Shown here in pieces: positions 63,561 to 64,000 of a stretch of 64,000 nt of DNA. The notes under the pieces were generated by a model, which searched no databases, had not been told where the DNA came from, and saw nothing but the letters and a program-made list of their open reading frames with translations. The stretch is from contig NC_043009.1 in NCBI RefSeq assembly GCF_006345805.1, forward strand, positions 45,198,001 to 45,262,000, written 5' to 3'. The stretch comes from Octopus sinensis (taxonomy: Eukaryota). The first letter of the stretch is position 1. Each line of letters begins with the position of its first letter. The translations under genes and the position numbers were made by a program.

Positions 63561-63840
63561 ATTCCCATCTGAACTCCCATCTTTGGCCCAGCTGAATGAC
63601 ATAGCAGCTGGAGGGGACAATAGCATAGCTGTACCAGCCTGGTGCTCATTTTCAGTTGAGAAAACTGTCGAAGCATAATCTATTTTGCTTACGGACGTAA
63701 CGTAGTCTGGTCGTAAAAGCGAACCCACAACCTTATGATTATAAGCGCAACACTCAAAACACCCGGCTATTCACCTGCACGTTAACTGTAAAATATGTCT
63801 AAGATGGAAATTGATCAAGGTTTCATGATGGCTTATATAT

Positions 63841-64000
63841 TGTGAAGGCGGGTGGCCTAGTGGTTAGTGCTGCAGTTATGATCGCAAGATCGTGGTTTCA
63901 ATTCCCAGATCGGCAGTGCGTCGTGGTCTTGCATAAAACACTTCATTTCACAATGCTTCAGCCCGCTCATCTGTTAATAGATAACAGGAGGAAAATTTGG
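63841..64000 (+). mobile_element. SINE head C + CORE-like region, diverged
   Basis: TGTGAAGGCGGGTGGCCTAGTGGTTAG...GGTTTCAATTCCCAG...AAACACTTCATTTCAC. Confidence 0.75.

Overview
AT-rich, microsatellite-saturated eukaryotic DNA with no host gene that I can confidently call. The SINE families and simple-repeat density point to an octopod cephalopod (Octopus-like) intron or intergenic region; this is an inference. Almost all long ORFs in the supplied track are translations of microsatellites. The supportable content is transposon-derived. (1) A decayed Ty3/Gypsy pol on the minus strand (PR-RT-RH-IN, ~14.1-18.5 kb), interrupted by a full-length 1.28-kb mariner and a small hairpin insertion. (2) A second, internally deleted mariner (48.9-49.7 kb). 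(3) A 5'-truncated Penelope-like element with RT, Cys-rich linker and GIY-YIG, Neptune-like (55.6-57.5 kb). (4) Three R4/Dong-like LINE fragments, two of them next to (TAA)n. (5) RTE-like fragments. (6) About 25 tRNA-derived SINE copies built from swappable head and tail modules. (7) Several MITE or foldback elements and a hAT/Buster-type MITE. The most interesting signals are several different minimal hammerhead-ribozyme-like motifs in (TA)n-embedded pLTR-like relics, a 1.09-kb element bounded by a perfect 38-bp inverted repeat, and young inverted duplications that could form long dsRNA. Others are a multi-stem structured segment at 30.6 kb and a cluster of PAR-bZIP-type palindromes upstream of a YY1-like motif. 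All calls come from reading and hand-translating the sequence; no database searches were run.
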